A stretch of 64,000 nucleotides of DNA from Octopus sinensis (taxonomy: Eukaryota), in assembly GCF_006345805.1 (NCBI RefSeq), contig NC_043006.1, positions 101,866,001 to 101,930,000 of the forward strand, written 5' to 3'. Both the position numbers and the translations under genes were made by a program. The notes below the pieces were generated by a model. It had not been told where the DNA came from and did not search any database. It saw nothing but the letters and a program-made list of their open reading frames with translations. Each line of letters begins with the position of its first letter. The stretch's first letter is position 1. Of the stretch, positions 40,026-52,180 are shown in pieces.

Positions 40026-40623
40026 TATGATGATTTTAATAAGAAGAAAAGGAATTTCTTTATTCATTAATATTAATGATTTGTTTAATAGTTGTAATAA
40101 TAGTAGTAATGATTAATAATTCTTTATTTGCTGCAAACAAATATTGTAAAATTATTAAAATTTTCACAATACAGTACAATATTATACAATTGGAAAACCT
40201 TAATTAGCTGGTGCTAATCATGGAGAAAAATATAATTATAAAAAGAAGAAGAAGAAATACATGAGAAATGTTTGTGATAATTAAACTGGTGATGATAAGA
40301 ATGTGATTTTAAGTTCAATCCCACTGCTCAGCATCCTGGGCAAATATCTTCTACCATATTCCTGAGGTTGACCAAAACCAAATCACTGAAATTTGGTAGA
40401 AAATGTGTGAAAGAAGGCTTGAAGAAATATCATTCTTGTCTTCGGATTGCATACCTAATCCATTTCTCAGTTTAACACAAGCCTTTGGGTGTTTTCAGAA
40501 GAAACCACCACTGTTTTTAGTACCCGGGCCAGGTTGCTGGTAAGAGGATTGGTTTTGTCTTTGCTTCTATCAGTATCAGAAGTCCTGAAAAGTGTCACAG
40601 GGACTAAACTTCCCTGTCTATTA

Positions 40624-41069
40624 TCATCATCATCATCATCATCATCATTTAACATCTGTTTTCCATGCTGGCATGGGTTGGACAGTTTGGCTGGAGTTGG
40701 TAAAGCCAGGAGCCACTCCATAGTCTGTAGTCTGTTCTGGTATGGCCGCTATGTTTGGATGCCCTTCCTAATGCAACAGCAAAGGCATCAATTCTGCTGT
40801 GGCAGATGGGATATATATATACCGGTGGCACATAAAAAGCACCATCCAATCGTGGCCATTTGCCAGACTCGTCTGGCACCTGTGCCGGTGACACATAAAA
40901 AGCACCCACTACACTCATGGAGTGGTTGGCGTTAGGAAGGGCATCCAGCCGTAGAAACATTGCCAGATCAGACTGGGCCTGGTGCAGCCTTCTGGCTTCC
41001 CAGACCCCAGTTGAACCGTCCAACCCATGCTAGCATGGAAAGCGGACGCTAAACGATGATGATGATGAT
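40624..41069. mobile_element. Two RTE-type 3' tail copies in inverted orientation
   Basis: Minus copy (CAT)n ttaacatctgttttccatgctggcatgggttgg at about 40624-40790. Plus copy at about 40820-41069 ends cccatgctagcatggaaagcggacgctaaac(GAT)n. Confidence 0.88.
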
Positions 41070-41464
41070 TATGATATATATATATGAGTGTGCATGTGAG
41101 AAATTACGACAAATACAAGTTTTACGTCATTTATTCCCTGTGAACATTTCACCATTGAAGCTATTAACAGCCTCTGAAGTTGATGTTCTGAGTGCCACTG
41201 GATGCTGAACCACAACAGATCATAGGAATCGAACTGATATATTGTGTGGCAGCTGATAATGGAAATACATTTGCTTTGCTCAATTGTGAATTTCTTGTAT
41301 CTTAGATTCGTTATTCTGGGTTGTCCTTCATTCTTGTAAAGTGGAAATTGTTTGTGGATTCATAGTCTGTGGAGATGACATACTTTGGTATTGATTTTTT
41401 TTTTCATAGGTAAGCTACTAAAAGATAAAAACAAACAAAAAAGGTCACTGTGATTGTGTTGTTA

Positions 41465-41672
41465 TTTGCATTTAAACCAACCGTATCCAGCCAAAATAAT
41501 CTACCTGTCTTATTTTCAAACTGGCCAGACCCAGCCTCTCACACTTACCCTACAATATTATTCTAAAAAATAAACAATCATGTCAAAGTTACAAGCTAAT
41601 GCATGACTAATTCAAATCAATGTGAATAAATAAGCATAACATTTGAAAGAGAAATCTGAATGCTAAAGAGTT
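41465..41672. mobile_element. piggyBac-type MITE (family E), decayed ends
   Basis: gcatttaaacc...ctggccagacccagcctctcacac...ctgaatgctaaagagtt. Confidence 0.8.
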
Positions 41673-41945
41673 CATTCCAGCTCTGTTTGAATAGACTTAT
41701 TTCATGCAAGTAGCCAGACACTTTAGTATAATACACAGTACCAAAGATATGCATGTATGAAGCGTCTGCTATTCCAATTTTGGTGGTCTGTTTTCTAACC
41801 AATTTATCTCCTTTAGTAAGCTATCCTAAAATATAATAACTTAAAATTTGTTTCCCATTTCGAAGTTGGCTATAAACATGAAGAAACTTTGATACTATAT
41901 TGAGCTGATGGAAAAACCAAGCAGCTCTTTTGATTTAACTTTATT

Positions 41946-42931
41946 CATCATCATCATCATCATCGTTTAACGTCTGCTTTCCATGCTAGCATGGGTTGGA
42001 TGATTTGACTGAGGGCTGGCGAACCAGATGGCTGCACCAGGCTCCAATCTGATCTGGCAGAGTTTCTACAGCTGGATGCCCTTCCTATCGCCAACCACTC
42101 TGAGAGTGTAGTGGGTGCTTTTACGTGCCACCAGCACAATGGCCAGTCAGGCAGTACTGGCAACAACCATGCTCAAGTGGTGTTTTTTACATGCCACCAG
42201 CACAGGAGCTAGTCCAGCGGCACTGGCAACGACTTCGCTCGAATGTTTTTTCACTTGCCAACGGCACAAGTGCCAGTAAGGGAACGCTGATAACGATCAC
42301 ATTTGAATGGTTCTTTTTACGTGTCACCAGCACAGAAGCCAGTCAGCTGCTCTGGCAGCAATCACACTCAGATGGTGCTCTTAGTGCTCCACTGGCACGG
42401 GTGGCAGTCATCAAATTTGCGAATTTGATTTGATTTCGATTTCACTTGCCTCAACAGGTCTTCGCAAGCAGAATTTAGTGTCCATTGAAGGAAAGGTATA
42501 CATAAGTGGGCTGGTTACACCCCTGGCATAGGCCATGGGTTATGGTCTCACTTGGCTTGCCGGGTCTTCTCACACACTGCATATTTCCAAAGGTGTCGGT
42601 CACTAGTCATTGCCTCAGTGAGACCTAATGTTCAAAGGTTGTGCTTCACCACCTCATCCTAGGTCTTCCTGAGTCTACCTCTTCCACAGGTTCCCTCAAC
42701 CGTTAGGGTGTGGTACTTTTTCACACAGCTGTCCTCATCCATTCTCACCAAATGACCATACCAGTGTAGTTGTCTCTCTTGCACACCACATCTGATACTT
42801 CTTCTTAGGTCCAACTTTTCTCTCAAGGTACTTACACTCTGTCAAGTATGCACACTGACATTACACATCCATCGGAGCATACTGGCTTCATTCCTTGCAA
42901 GCTCATGCATGTCCTCAGCAGTCACAGCCCA
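41946..42931 (-). mobile_element. 5'-truncated RTE-clade LINE (ORF2 C-terminus, 3' UTR and (ATG)n tail)
   Basis: 42931 to 42548 reads WAVTAEDMHELARNEASMLRWMCNVSVHT*QSVSTLREKLDLRRSIRCGVQERQLHWYGHLVRMDEDSCVKKYHTLTVEGTCGRGRLRKT*DEVVKHNL*TLGLTEAMTSDRHLWKYAVCEKTRQAK*, carrying the RTE WYGHxxR and RGRxRKTW motifs. Confidence 0.93.
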
Positions 42932-43011
42932 GCTGCTCTAATTATTATTTGTTTCCTTCATTGCTTGGCTGTTTAATTTAATTCTAATTAATTTTATTAC
43001 TTTATTGCAGG

Positions 43012-43281
43012 ATGCCCTCTGGTGGTTACATAGCTGGCAAAGCTTTGACAAGGTGGGAAGCTGACACTGACAACATCGATATAGACTATCGTAGCCTTGA
43101 AGGAGACAACCGCTGTAAGTGGTTAAATGAGTGTTTTAGTGGACGGAAAGGCCTTGTGCTACGAATTTTATTGGTCTTTGTTCTCTTTTGTGTTGGATTA
43201 ATTGTTGGATACATAATACGCCGGAATGTACACGAGCATTTTATTGCACCAGCTACAAAATGTGAGCCCCAGACACCACAG
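43012..43281 (+). CDS. Coding exon: N-terminus of a type II single-pass membrane protein, possibly M28 peptidase family (NAALADase/PSMA/TfR-like)
   Basis: Acceptor ttttattactttattgcag (AG 43009-10), exon from 43011, ATG 43012, donor CAG|GTAAGA after 43281 (90 codons, phase 0). Hydrophilic tail with YRSL (YxxPhi), basic GRK, TM LVLRILLVFVLFCVGLIVGYII, then RR. Family assignment is inferred from the TM pattern only. Confidence 0.85.
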
Positions 43282-43541
43282 GTAAGAAACCAAAATATAT
43301 TATAATATTAGTTGTAAATTTCTATATTGATGTTCATTGGTTATTTCAGATATTTATCACTTCTCGTTAGTAATCTGGTAAGAGGCAAAAAAAAAAAAAA
43401 AAAAATGGAAATCATTGTTCAAGATGCTCTCGAGAGAAGTAAAATGTCATCTTCTAAAATTTATCAAAAGCTAATCAGACCAATCATCAGTGTTACAGCA
43501 ATTTAAATAATAATAATGATGATGATGATGATGATGATAAT

Positions 43542-43679
43542 AATCCTTTCTACTGTAGGCACAAGGCCTGAAATCAAATGAGAGGGAACTAATCAAGTAC
43601 AGTGACCCCAGTGTTTAACTGGTACAGAATTTATCAACCCCGAAAGAATGAAAGGCAAAGTTGACCTTGGTGGAATTTG

Positions 43680-43712
<33 letters not shown>

Positions 43713-44306
43713 CCTCTCTACTAAAGACACAAGACCTGAAATTTGTTTGGAGGGAACAAGTTGATTACATCAACCCCAGTGCATAACTGGTATTTAATTT
43801 TATCAACCCTGAATTCAGAATGTAATGATAGACCAAATGCTGCTAAGCATTTTGCCTGGTCTGCTAACAATTCTGCCAATCCACTGTCTTAATTATATTG
43901 GTAATAATAATAATGGTTTCAAATTTTGCCACAAGGGCAGCAGTTTTGAGGAGAAAGGCAAGTCAATTACATCAATGCCAATACTTGACCAGTACTACAT
44001 TTTTATTGACCCTTGATGGTTGAAAGACAATGTTGACCTCTGTGGGATTTGAACTATGGCTGTAAAAAGCCAGAAGAAATACTCTCCTAACATTTTTCCT
44101 GATACACTAAGTAATAATCCTTTTTACTAAAGGTATAAGGGCTGAAATTTTGGGAAAGGGGCTAGTCAATTTTATCGACCCCAGTACATAACTGGGATTC
44201 ATTTTATCAACCCCAAAAGAATGAAAGGCAAAATCAACCTCAATGTAGAGACAAACAACATGCGGTTTCTCCAGAATGCTAACAATTCTGCCAGCTTGCT
44301 GCCTTA
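43542..44306 (-). mobile_element. Four tandem SINE family B copies separated by (AAT)n
   Basis: Copies at about 43542-43680, 43712-43890, 43914-44100 and 44117-44306. Confidence 0.85.
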
Positions 44307-44346
44307 GATACACTAAGTAGTAATAGTAATAATGATAATAATAATA

Positions 44347-44383
<37 letters not shown>

Positions 44384-44404
44384 TAGTAATAATAATAATA
44401 ATAA

Positions 44405-44880
44405 AAGATGGGCTACAGAAAATATTCTGCTCAATACCACAGATTTGCTTGTCAGTTGTTTGACCTTAACCAGTTGAGCATGTCCCTTAGTGGCTGACGA
44501 TATGTGCATCTCTGATCACGAGCAGAAGTAGTGGGGGAGCATCATAGCCATGTGTTGAGAGGGATTCTTTGGGGTTTGAATAATTCACCTCTGGAAACAT
44601 GGGTGGTTCTTTCAACATCCTTAAACAACCCTTATTCAGGGACCTTTTGAGCGGGATGGGCTACTCAACCTGAAGAAAATTCTAACTGGGCCCCACCTGC
44701 AAGGTCATGTGCTGTTTATCCTGATATGAGATCACCATGTCGCGCACATATGGTTGTGATGCATGTGCCTGGTGTACCCTTTTCAGACGGGTAGTCATGA
44801 TGGGTATATTGGGCTTCGTATATTTTACCCCAGTGTCACTTTGATGGCATGCACTGCTCTCTCACTCAATAATAATAATA
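44405..44880 (+). mobile_element. Probable non-LTR retroelement 3' UTR inserted in an (AAT)n tract
   Basis: About 465 bp complex, GC-richer block flanked on both sides by (AAT)n and ending ctctctcactc(AAT)n. No ORF. Confidence 0.5.
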
Positions 44881-45629
44881 GTAATAGTAATAATTGTATC
44901 TAAAATAGACAGATGGATAGAAATTCAGATGGAGGAGTACAGTTAATTATATTATTCCTGCTATTTCATGAGCACTTTATTTTATTGACCTCAGAGAAAT
45001 GGAAGGCTAAGATGACCATTGCAAGATCTGAACTCATTGGAAAAATAGCAAAGCCTAATGAGTGAACCTTGACAGAAAATCCAGAGTTCAACTACTGAGA
45101 CAGTTATTTTGACTATTTTATATCTTTCTTAATTTTTCTACTACCAAGCCAGTGTCAAATGTTAATCTCCAGACTCTTTGAATTTCACTGGTGAAGTTGT
45201 GAAAAGAACTATAGCTCAGCTGTTCAGTATTTCTATACATCATAGTACTGGCATACTTTGAGAACCACAAGTGTCATAACCTATATGCAGCTACAATTAT
45301 AGGTCTGATCTAGTTTGTTACTCTCTAATGGTTTTGCAATTGCCATCCTGGCACTTGTAGTAAATTTTGAACTGAAAGATTTAAACATGTGTAGAATTAA
45401 AGTAGGTGATGTTTAATTTTACTCATTTTTTAGGACCTGAAATTTCTTTTATACTCTTGTAGATTAAAACAAGAGAGGAAGTGAAGTTTTCAGTATGTTT
45501 TCTGAGAAGAAACAATTCACAAAAGCAATAAATGGAATGAGATGAGTGTACGAAAGAAGTTTAAAGCAGTTAAATAAAATTAGCATTTGAGAAGAGCAAA
45601 GGTCACTGTAAGAGTCTGAGAGTGAATAG

Positions 45630-45780
45630 CAGCGTTTTGTCTATCTTTATATTCTGAGTTCAAATTCCATTGAAGTCAACTTCACTTTTCATCCTTTCAA
45701 GGTCAATAAAATGAGTACTAGCTAAGCACTGGGGTCGATGTAACCTTGCTGGTTTTGTGCCAGAATTTGAAACCAATGTT
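45630..45780 (+). mobile_element. SINE family B, 5'-truncated
   Basis: ttctgagttcaaattcc...ttttcatcctttc...ctggggtcgatgtaa...gtgccagaatttgaaaccaat. Confidence 0.8.
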
Positions 45781-45792
45781 ACAGGTGCATTA

Positions 45793-46179
45793 TCTTTATA
45801 TATAAAAGTGAGGTTGTGTGTCTGTCTCCTACGATTTAGATTCCTAACTACTCCCACATTTTGCGGTGCAGTTTAACCAAAACTGGGTATCTTATAGTCG
45901 TGATTCATATCAAGCCCTTCTGGGTATTAGCGCATGTCTACGATTTAAAAAAAAAATTTACCATCGTTTTTTTCCATTTTAATGCATTTTTTCGCTATTA
46001 TATAAGGGAAGTAACTCTCTAAAAATGTCTACGATGAGTCAACGATTTAAAAAAAATTTACCATAATTTTTTTTCCGTTTTTAATGCATTTTTTTGCTAT
46101 CTTTTGGCTATAACTCTCTAAAAATGCTTATATAGTTATTTCCCTTACAAACCCGAGCAACGCCGGGCGATACTGCTAG
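45793..46179 (+). mobile_element. 387 bp non-autonomous Helitron
   Basis: A|TCTTTATATATAAAAGT ... CCCGAGCAACGCCGGGCGATACTGCTAG|T, no TSD. Internal duplication at about 45935-45997 and 46025-46100. Confidence 0.92.
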
Positions 46180-46939
46180 TTTCATATAAATTCATTCTCT
46201 ATAGTGTATACACTCTCCCAGAATTGCAAGTAGTGTATATCAAATCAGTGACAGTGCCATGTGTTATTATTTATTCTGTGAGGCACAATGGTAGCGCACT
46301 TACATTCATATGCACTACTAACATTTGAATGACTTTTGAGTGTTTGTATATAAATCGCAAACACAAGTCTGGGTTTATTTCATTTTCTTGAAAGTAGATG
46401 CCTGTCATTTCTAATATTTCATAATAAAACGAAAGTGCTTCCTATGACTGGGAGGTTATCAATGAAGCTTTCTTTGTTTTATTGAACTTTATTCTATTCA
46501 CTCGGCTCCTCACTGACTGAGATATATTTCTCTTACTAGATTCTTCTGTACTTACTAACATATTTGGTGACAAGGGTACATTAGGGGTAGATATTGGAGT
46601 ACTTGAATCTATTTCATTAGACTACATTTTCAACATGTCATTCCAAGTAACCTGTTAGATGACTGGATAAAGTTTTCAACACAATTAAGTTACAAAGCTG
46701 CTAAGTTAATTGAAATTGTACAAACCAGCCTGCTGAGAAACTGGAGACATTTCTGTACAAGTAATGATGCTGAGGACAATATTACTGGCCAATATTCTTA
46801 TTTCACTTGTCTATCTTTTGAGAAATATGTTAATCTGGAGTCCATATAAGCTGTTATAGTTTAACTACCTTCAATACATGCAGATATATGAATATATCCT
46901 CTGTTTCATATATGTTTGTGCATGTGTGTGTGTGTTTGT

Positions 46940-47355
46940 GTTGGATGAGTATGTAGTTAAGAAGTCTGCTTCCAAGCCACACTGTTTCCTATTCAGTCCC
47001 ACTGCACGACACCTTAAGCTTGTGTCTTCTACTATAGCTACAGGTAAACAAAGCCTTGTGAATGGATTTGGTAGATATAATCTGAAAGAAATCCATTGTA
47101 TATATACATATGTTTGTGTATCTGTGCCTTGATGTCATGTGATAGTTGTAAACAAGTGTGACTGTTAAACATCATTTAATGTTCGTTTTCCATGCTGGCA
47201 TGGGTTAGACTAAACAAGCAGTGCAGTTTATTTCCAGTCTTCCATGAAACCATGTCTAGTCATGCGGAAATATTTATCTTGCTTGAAATGAAGCAAAGGT
47301 TGACAACAGGAAGGGTATACAGTCATAGAGAATCTATCTCAACAAATTCTGTCTG
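46940..47355 (+). mobile_element. SINE family A variant with alternative body and a nested short RTE-tail fragment (~47170-47212)
   Basis: cagtcccactgcacgacacctt...gtgtcttctactatagc, gtcatgtgatagttgtaaac, aggaagggtatacag. Confidence 0.65.
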
Positions 47356-47470
47356 GTGTTAATATGACAACAAGGCTCTATGAATAAAAGCAATATCAAG
47401 CAAGAGAAATCAGTGCCAAATTTTAAGTACAGCATATATTTTATTAACAACTGTATTTTATCATTATGTT

Positions 47471-47510
47471 ACAACTACTAGTTTCATCACAATAAAGCTT
47501 CTCAGGTAAT
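47471..47510 (-). ncRNA. Degenerate hammerhead motif
   Basis: Minus strand attac-CTGAGAA-gctttattgtgat-GAAA-CTAG-TA-gttgt. Palindromic stem III and GUA site, but G8A and a poor stem II. Confidence 0.35.
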
Positions 47511-47808
47511 GTGATTCTTGTGCCCCTTTCATAAATTATCTTCTGAAGAAGAATGGAGGCAAATGAATTTTCATTTTACTGTTAAAAAAAACAGTTTTCC
47601 TCTGAATTCTTTTAAGAATCATTATAATGTGAATTAAAGACACAACCACCATTCTTCATCTTACATGGTCTCCGTTCATTGTGTCTTTGTGGTCTCTTTG
47701 AGACAAATACTGGCATTGAGCCTAGAGTCCTCTTTCAAGTTGATCTGCTGACAGGATTGACTCACCTCTTTGAAGATACTCACAAGCAGTGAAGGTTTAT
47801 GTGCCAAT

Positions 47809-47846
47809 TTGTGTGCCAATTGTGTGCCAATTTTATGTGCCAATTT
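47809..47846. repeat. Short tandem repeat (tgtgccaatt) x4
   Basis: Directly visible. Confidence 0.85.
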
Positions 47847-49399
47847 GTTCCTCTCCTTGTCTCGTAGCTTTCCACAACTGTCAAATCCAGATCACTTACC
47901 CAGTTATACCATTCATGTAGCTGTAGACACAATAGTGCTTTTCTCCTAGACATGCTTTAAAAAGAAGCTGAGGATTGCCTTACTTTCAGTGGCTTTATAG
48001 CAGATTGGACACACTAGCCATAAATTTCTAAACCCCCATATTAACTATGATATAATGACAATATCCAGTAATGAATTATGCATACACACTCACACTATAA
48101 AATTTATCTGTTATAGTAATTTTGTTTCTTTATGCATTGTGTGATACCGTATCAGCACATCACCTAACAGCTAGCATTCTCTTAGTTAGAAGACTAGTTT
48201 AGGATCTTTGCTATAAGAAAAATTAGTTCCACCATATGAAGCTATTTGTGGTAGCTAATAAACTTTAAGCTGGCAGTCATGGAATGAATTTAGCCATAAG
48301 GAATGTATGTTCGTTATTAATGCTTCAAATAATAAAAAAAAATTATGTAAGGTAACTTCAATATCTTTCAGAAGAGAAACTAGCTAAATCAGAAATGATT
48401 AAAGCTACCCTTGAAAAAAAAAAGTTATTATCAACAATTTCAATAAATATTGATTAAATTCTATTTGGTTATTTTTTATTTCATATTTTTCATTTCTTAT
48501 TTATATTTCCCATGCTGCTCTAATAGGTTTGATTCATATGCAACACTCACTTCTGTTCAATCCTTGTTTTGTTATTTGCACATGTCAAAATTTAAACACT
48601 GGTTTCTAATGAGATCACCAAAATTTGTTTCATTGATTTAAATTTTTTTTCAATTTTAATAATTTCAAAAATTATTATAAGAAAATTTATATTATAAAAT
48701 CCAAAATCATCGTAAGCAAATATTTTATACAAAAATGATTCATTTAGATTTGCTGGTATTTTGCCACTGGCATGACATATACGCTGTAAGATTTTTTCAT
48801 ATGTCAGTATATCTATATATTAAATGAAACCATATTTAAAATATAGGTATCAGTTTCAGGAGAAGTATTTGGATGATATCCTCATGGCTGTGGTTCTAAA
48901 TTCATTTTTTCTCTTAGAAAATTAAATGTCAACTAGCTTAGTTTGGCAAGAAATGTAGCTGGGACTGCCATCCTTGAAAATGGTTGCAGGGATTGCCATC
49001 CAAGTTTAAAGATTGAAGACGTCAATATCAAATTCTGCATCTCCATGACAGAATGTGTGTGCATGCCTGTACACACACAGATGCATATATTTCTATCTAG
49101 CTCAGTAATTTCTCTCTTTTTCATGATTTATTTATCCATTCTGCTCACTGCTTTATAAGCATGTTCTACTTTAGAATAATTTACATTGGTTTCACAAATG
49201 TTTACATTTGTATCTCGAATTAACTGGGAGCCTTTCCTACAGCTGATACTTATCTTGTGGTTGATCAGTGGAACGTATTTATGATCCAGGCTAAATTTTA
49301 TATGGACCTTACTCCAGCACAGCTTGTCTATAGCAGTACCAGTAAGACTTGAATTTATCCCTTTACTATCACTTGAACATTAACAGTAATCAATTCTAC

Positions 49400-49738
49400 T
49401 ATAGTTCTCAATCAGGGCCCATATAAGATTTGGCGGGGGGGGGGGGTCCATGCAACAAAATAGTAAATTTGGGATCCACATTAGTATTTTAAGGGCTTCT
49501 AAAAAATATTTGCTTTAGATGTATGTACTGGTGTGTATTACAAGAAACAACTAGGATTCTTTCTCTAACGTTTTACATAGTTTGACCTACACAAGTTAAT
49601 GTGTGTAAAATGAAATAGGAATTTCGAAAGAAGTATCTATAGAACTACTTTTCAAACATCAAGAGGCTGTGGGGGTGCACCAGAATGAAGTAGTAAACAA
49701 AGGAGTCCATAGGTGAAAAAAATGATTGAGAACTCCTA
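49400..49738. mobile_element. hAT (Charlie-type) MITE, decayed
   Basis: Inverted ends agttctcaatc (~49403) / gattgagaact (~49724) with subterminal gtccat motifs. TSD not resolved. Confidence 0.55.
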
Positions 49739-49739
49739 T

Positions 49740-49910
49740 ACTTTAGGCATAGGAGCTGAAATTTGGTTGATTTCAACTGGTACTTATTCTATCGAATTTA
49801 AAAGGGTGAAAGACTTTGGCAGAACTTGAACTCAGAATGTAAAGACAGACAAAATACCACTTAGCATTTTTTTCCTAACTTGCTAACAATTCTGCTAGCT
49901 CACTATATTC

Positions 49911-49945
<35 letters not shown>

Positions 49946-50165
49946 TGTTGTTGTTGTTGTTATAATTTTGGTACAAGGCCAGCAACTTTGGGGATGAGGT
50001 AAATTGATTACGTTGATCCCTGTGTTCAACTGATAATTATTTTAATAAATCCTGAAAGGATAAAAGGCAAAGTTGACCTCAGTACATTTGAACACAGAAT
50101 GTAAAAACAGACAAAATATCTCAAAGCCTTTTGTCCAGTGTGTTAATGATTCTGCCTGATTGCCA
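49740..50165 (-). mobile_element. Two tandem SINE family B copies separated by (AAT)n
   Basis: Copies at about 49740-49905 and 49960-50165. Confidence 0.8.
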
Positions 50166-51845
50166 TAATAATAATAATAATAATACAACAAAGTGCAATG
50201 TATTTCTAAGAGAAATAGAGAAGCTCTCAAAATATAGATCTGGAAATAAAGATAACCCAAATGTGAAGCCTAAAAACATCCTTCTCTTGGCCAATCCTAT
50301 TCATTCGGTCATTTAACATCCATGTTTTCCCCACATTTGTGTAGGTGTAGAAGGAAATTTATTGGGGGAAGGATTTTATGCCTGGATGCTCTTCCTGTTA
50401 CCAACATTTGCCTACTTTTCGAGTAAGACGTAACTTTATTTCACACTTTTTCAAAAGCACGGAGCAAATGTTCTTAACGTTAGTAGGAAATATCAACAAA
50501 TAGTGATGAGTGTAGAATATATAACCATTGATGCACATAAGCGTGCATATATATAAACAAACAGAAAAAACAAAAATATAGTTTCAACTCAGAATTGAAA
50601 GCCAATTGCATAATGTGTGGTCTTGCAATAATAAGAGTTATAGGAGAATGAAAAATAATAATAGGAATACAAACACACACATGTGTATGTGTGTATAATG
50701 TCTGTGTATGTATTTATGCATAAACACACACACATATATATACACACACACTCACATATATATACACACATATGTATATGTATGTATATGATATATACAC
50801 ACATATATGTATATATGCATATATGATGTATGTCTATGTTTTTTGACATACACACACACATTCTCTCTCCAATTTAATCTTCAAATAATTATTGAGAGAT
50901 TTTTTTAAGAAATACTAAGAACCAAAATTAACAGGTTGACAAATTATTCAGTTGGGATAGGAAGTTATTAGGATGTAAATTAGATATTAATTTCTCTATG
51001 GGTCAAATTTGTGATTTAAAAATCTAATAATAAAGAAAGAGAATGAGAGAAAAAGACAGACAGACAGACAGAAAGGAGGAGGAGGGAGTAAACAAATGAA
51101 TGTTTCATGACACAATCTTTCATGTGGGAGAAAGTCAGCCAAAATGGCTAGTTTACTGCTCTCCAATGTCTGGTAAAATAATTTAATTATTAAACAATTG
51201 ATGATTAGCTGACTATTTTTGCTGGAGTAAATTTATCGATATTTTATCACTGACAAATACAACAAAGACAAAAGAAAAAAACAAAAAAAAAGTGTCTTTT
51301 TTGTTTTGTGTTTTTTCTGTATGAAGAAGACAGGAAATTTCTCAACTAACCCCTTCCTACCCCATATCTACATTTAGTTAATTTAGGGGTAAGTAAAAGT
51401 TATTTAGGAGCAATTTATTCTTTTTTTTTCTCAATAGGGCCATTTGAGATTTCTTGAGCAAATTCACAAAGGAGAATGTTGTTAGATGAAATTGGTAGAG
51501 ACATATGGGTTTCAGAGAGAATGTTTCATGGTATTTGTTTCAATTGTTTGAGCTTTGAGTTCAAATCCTACCAAAATCAACTTTGCATTTTATCTTTTGT
51601 GGTTAATACAAAAAAAAGAAATGCCAGTCCATGGACTGTGGATTGGTTGAACTGTAAGAATGTCGGAGCAGATTCCTTGCAGTGTGTGTTCCAGCCCTTA
51701 GCATCCTGAATTTAGATGAATTGAACTTTTGGCCTGTCCGAATAAATATATAAATTAGATTTAAAAAGTTTTAAAACTTCACAATTTCTTTTTAAAATAT
51801 TGCTAAACAAAGTTGTTTTTTGTGCTGTTTAATCTTGACTCTATT

Positions 51846-52180
51846 GAAGGCACATGGCTCAGTGGTTAGGGTGTCGAGCTTACGATTGTGAGATTGTGAG
51901 CTCGAATCCCGGACCGGCCTGCATGTTGTGTTCTTGAGCAAGACACTTTATTCACGTTGCTCCAGTTCACTCAGCTGTAGAAATGAGTTGCGACGTCAAT
52001 GGTGCCAAGCTGTATCAGCCTTTGCCTTTCCCTTGGATAACACTGGTGGTGTGGAGAGGGGAGGCTGGTATGCATGGGTGACTGCTGGTCTTCCATAAAC
52101 AACCTTGCCCGGACTTGTGTCTGGGAGGGTAACTTTCTAGGTGCAATTCCATGGTCTGTGTCGTGATCGAATGGGGTCTA
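51846..52180 (+). mobile_element. SINE family D, full length, CpG-retaining (young)
   Basis: TGGCTCAGTGG, GAGCTCGAATCCC, gttcttgagcaagacactttattcacgttgctccagttcactcagctg. Confidence 0.92.

Noticed and set aside
40489-41023. 148 and 124 aa overlapping ORFs
   Set aside because: Read through RTE 3' UTR tail copies; the same peptides recur at 41960, 57049 and 63686.
42115-42405. Palindromic repeats with variable spacers, superficially CRISPR-like
   Set aside because: Degenerate, inside an RTE 3' UTR in animal DNA, with no cas genes.
51846-51920. tRNA-like sequence with A and B boxes (also 21247 and 60164)
   Set aside because: SINE heads continuing into repeat bodies; no complete acceptor stem or terminator.
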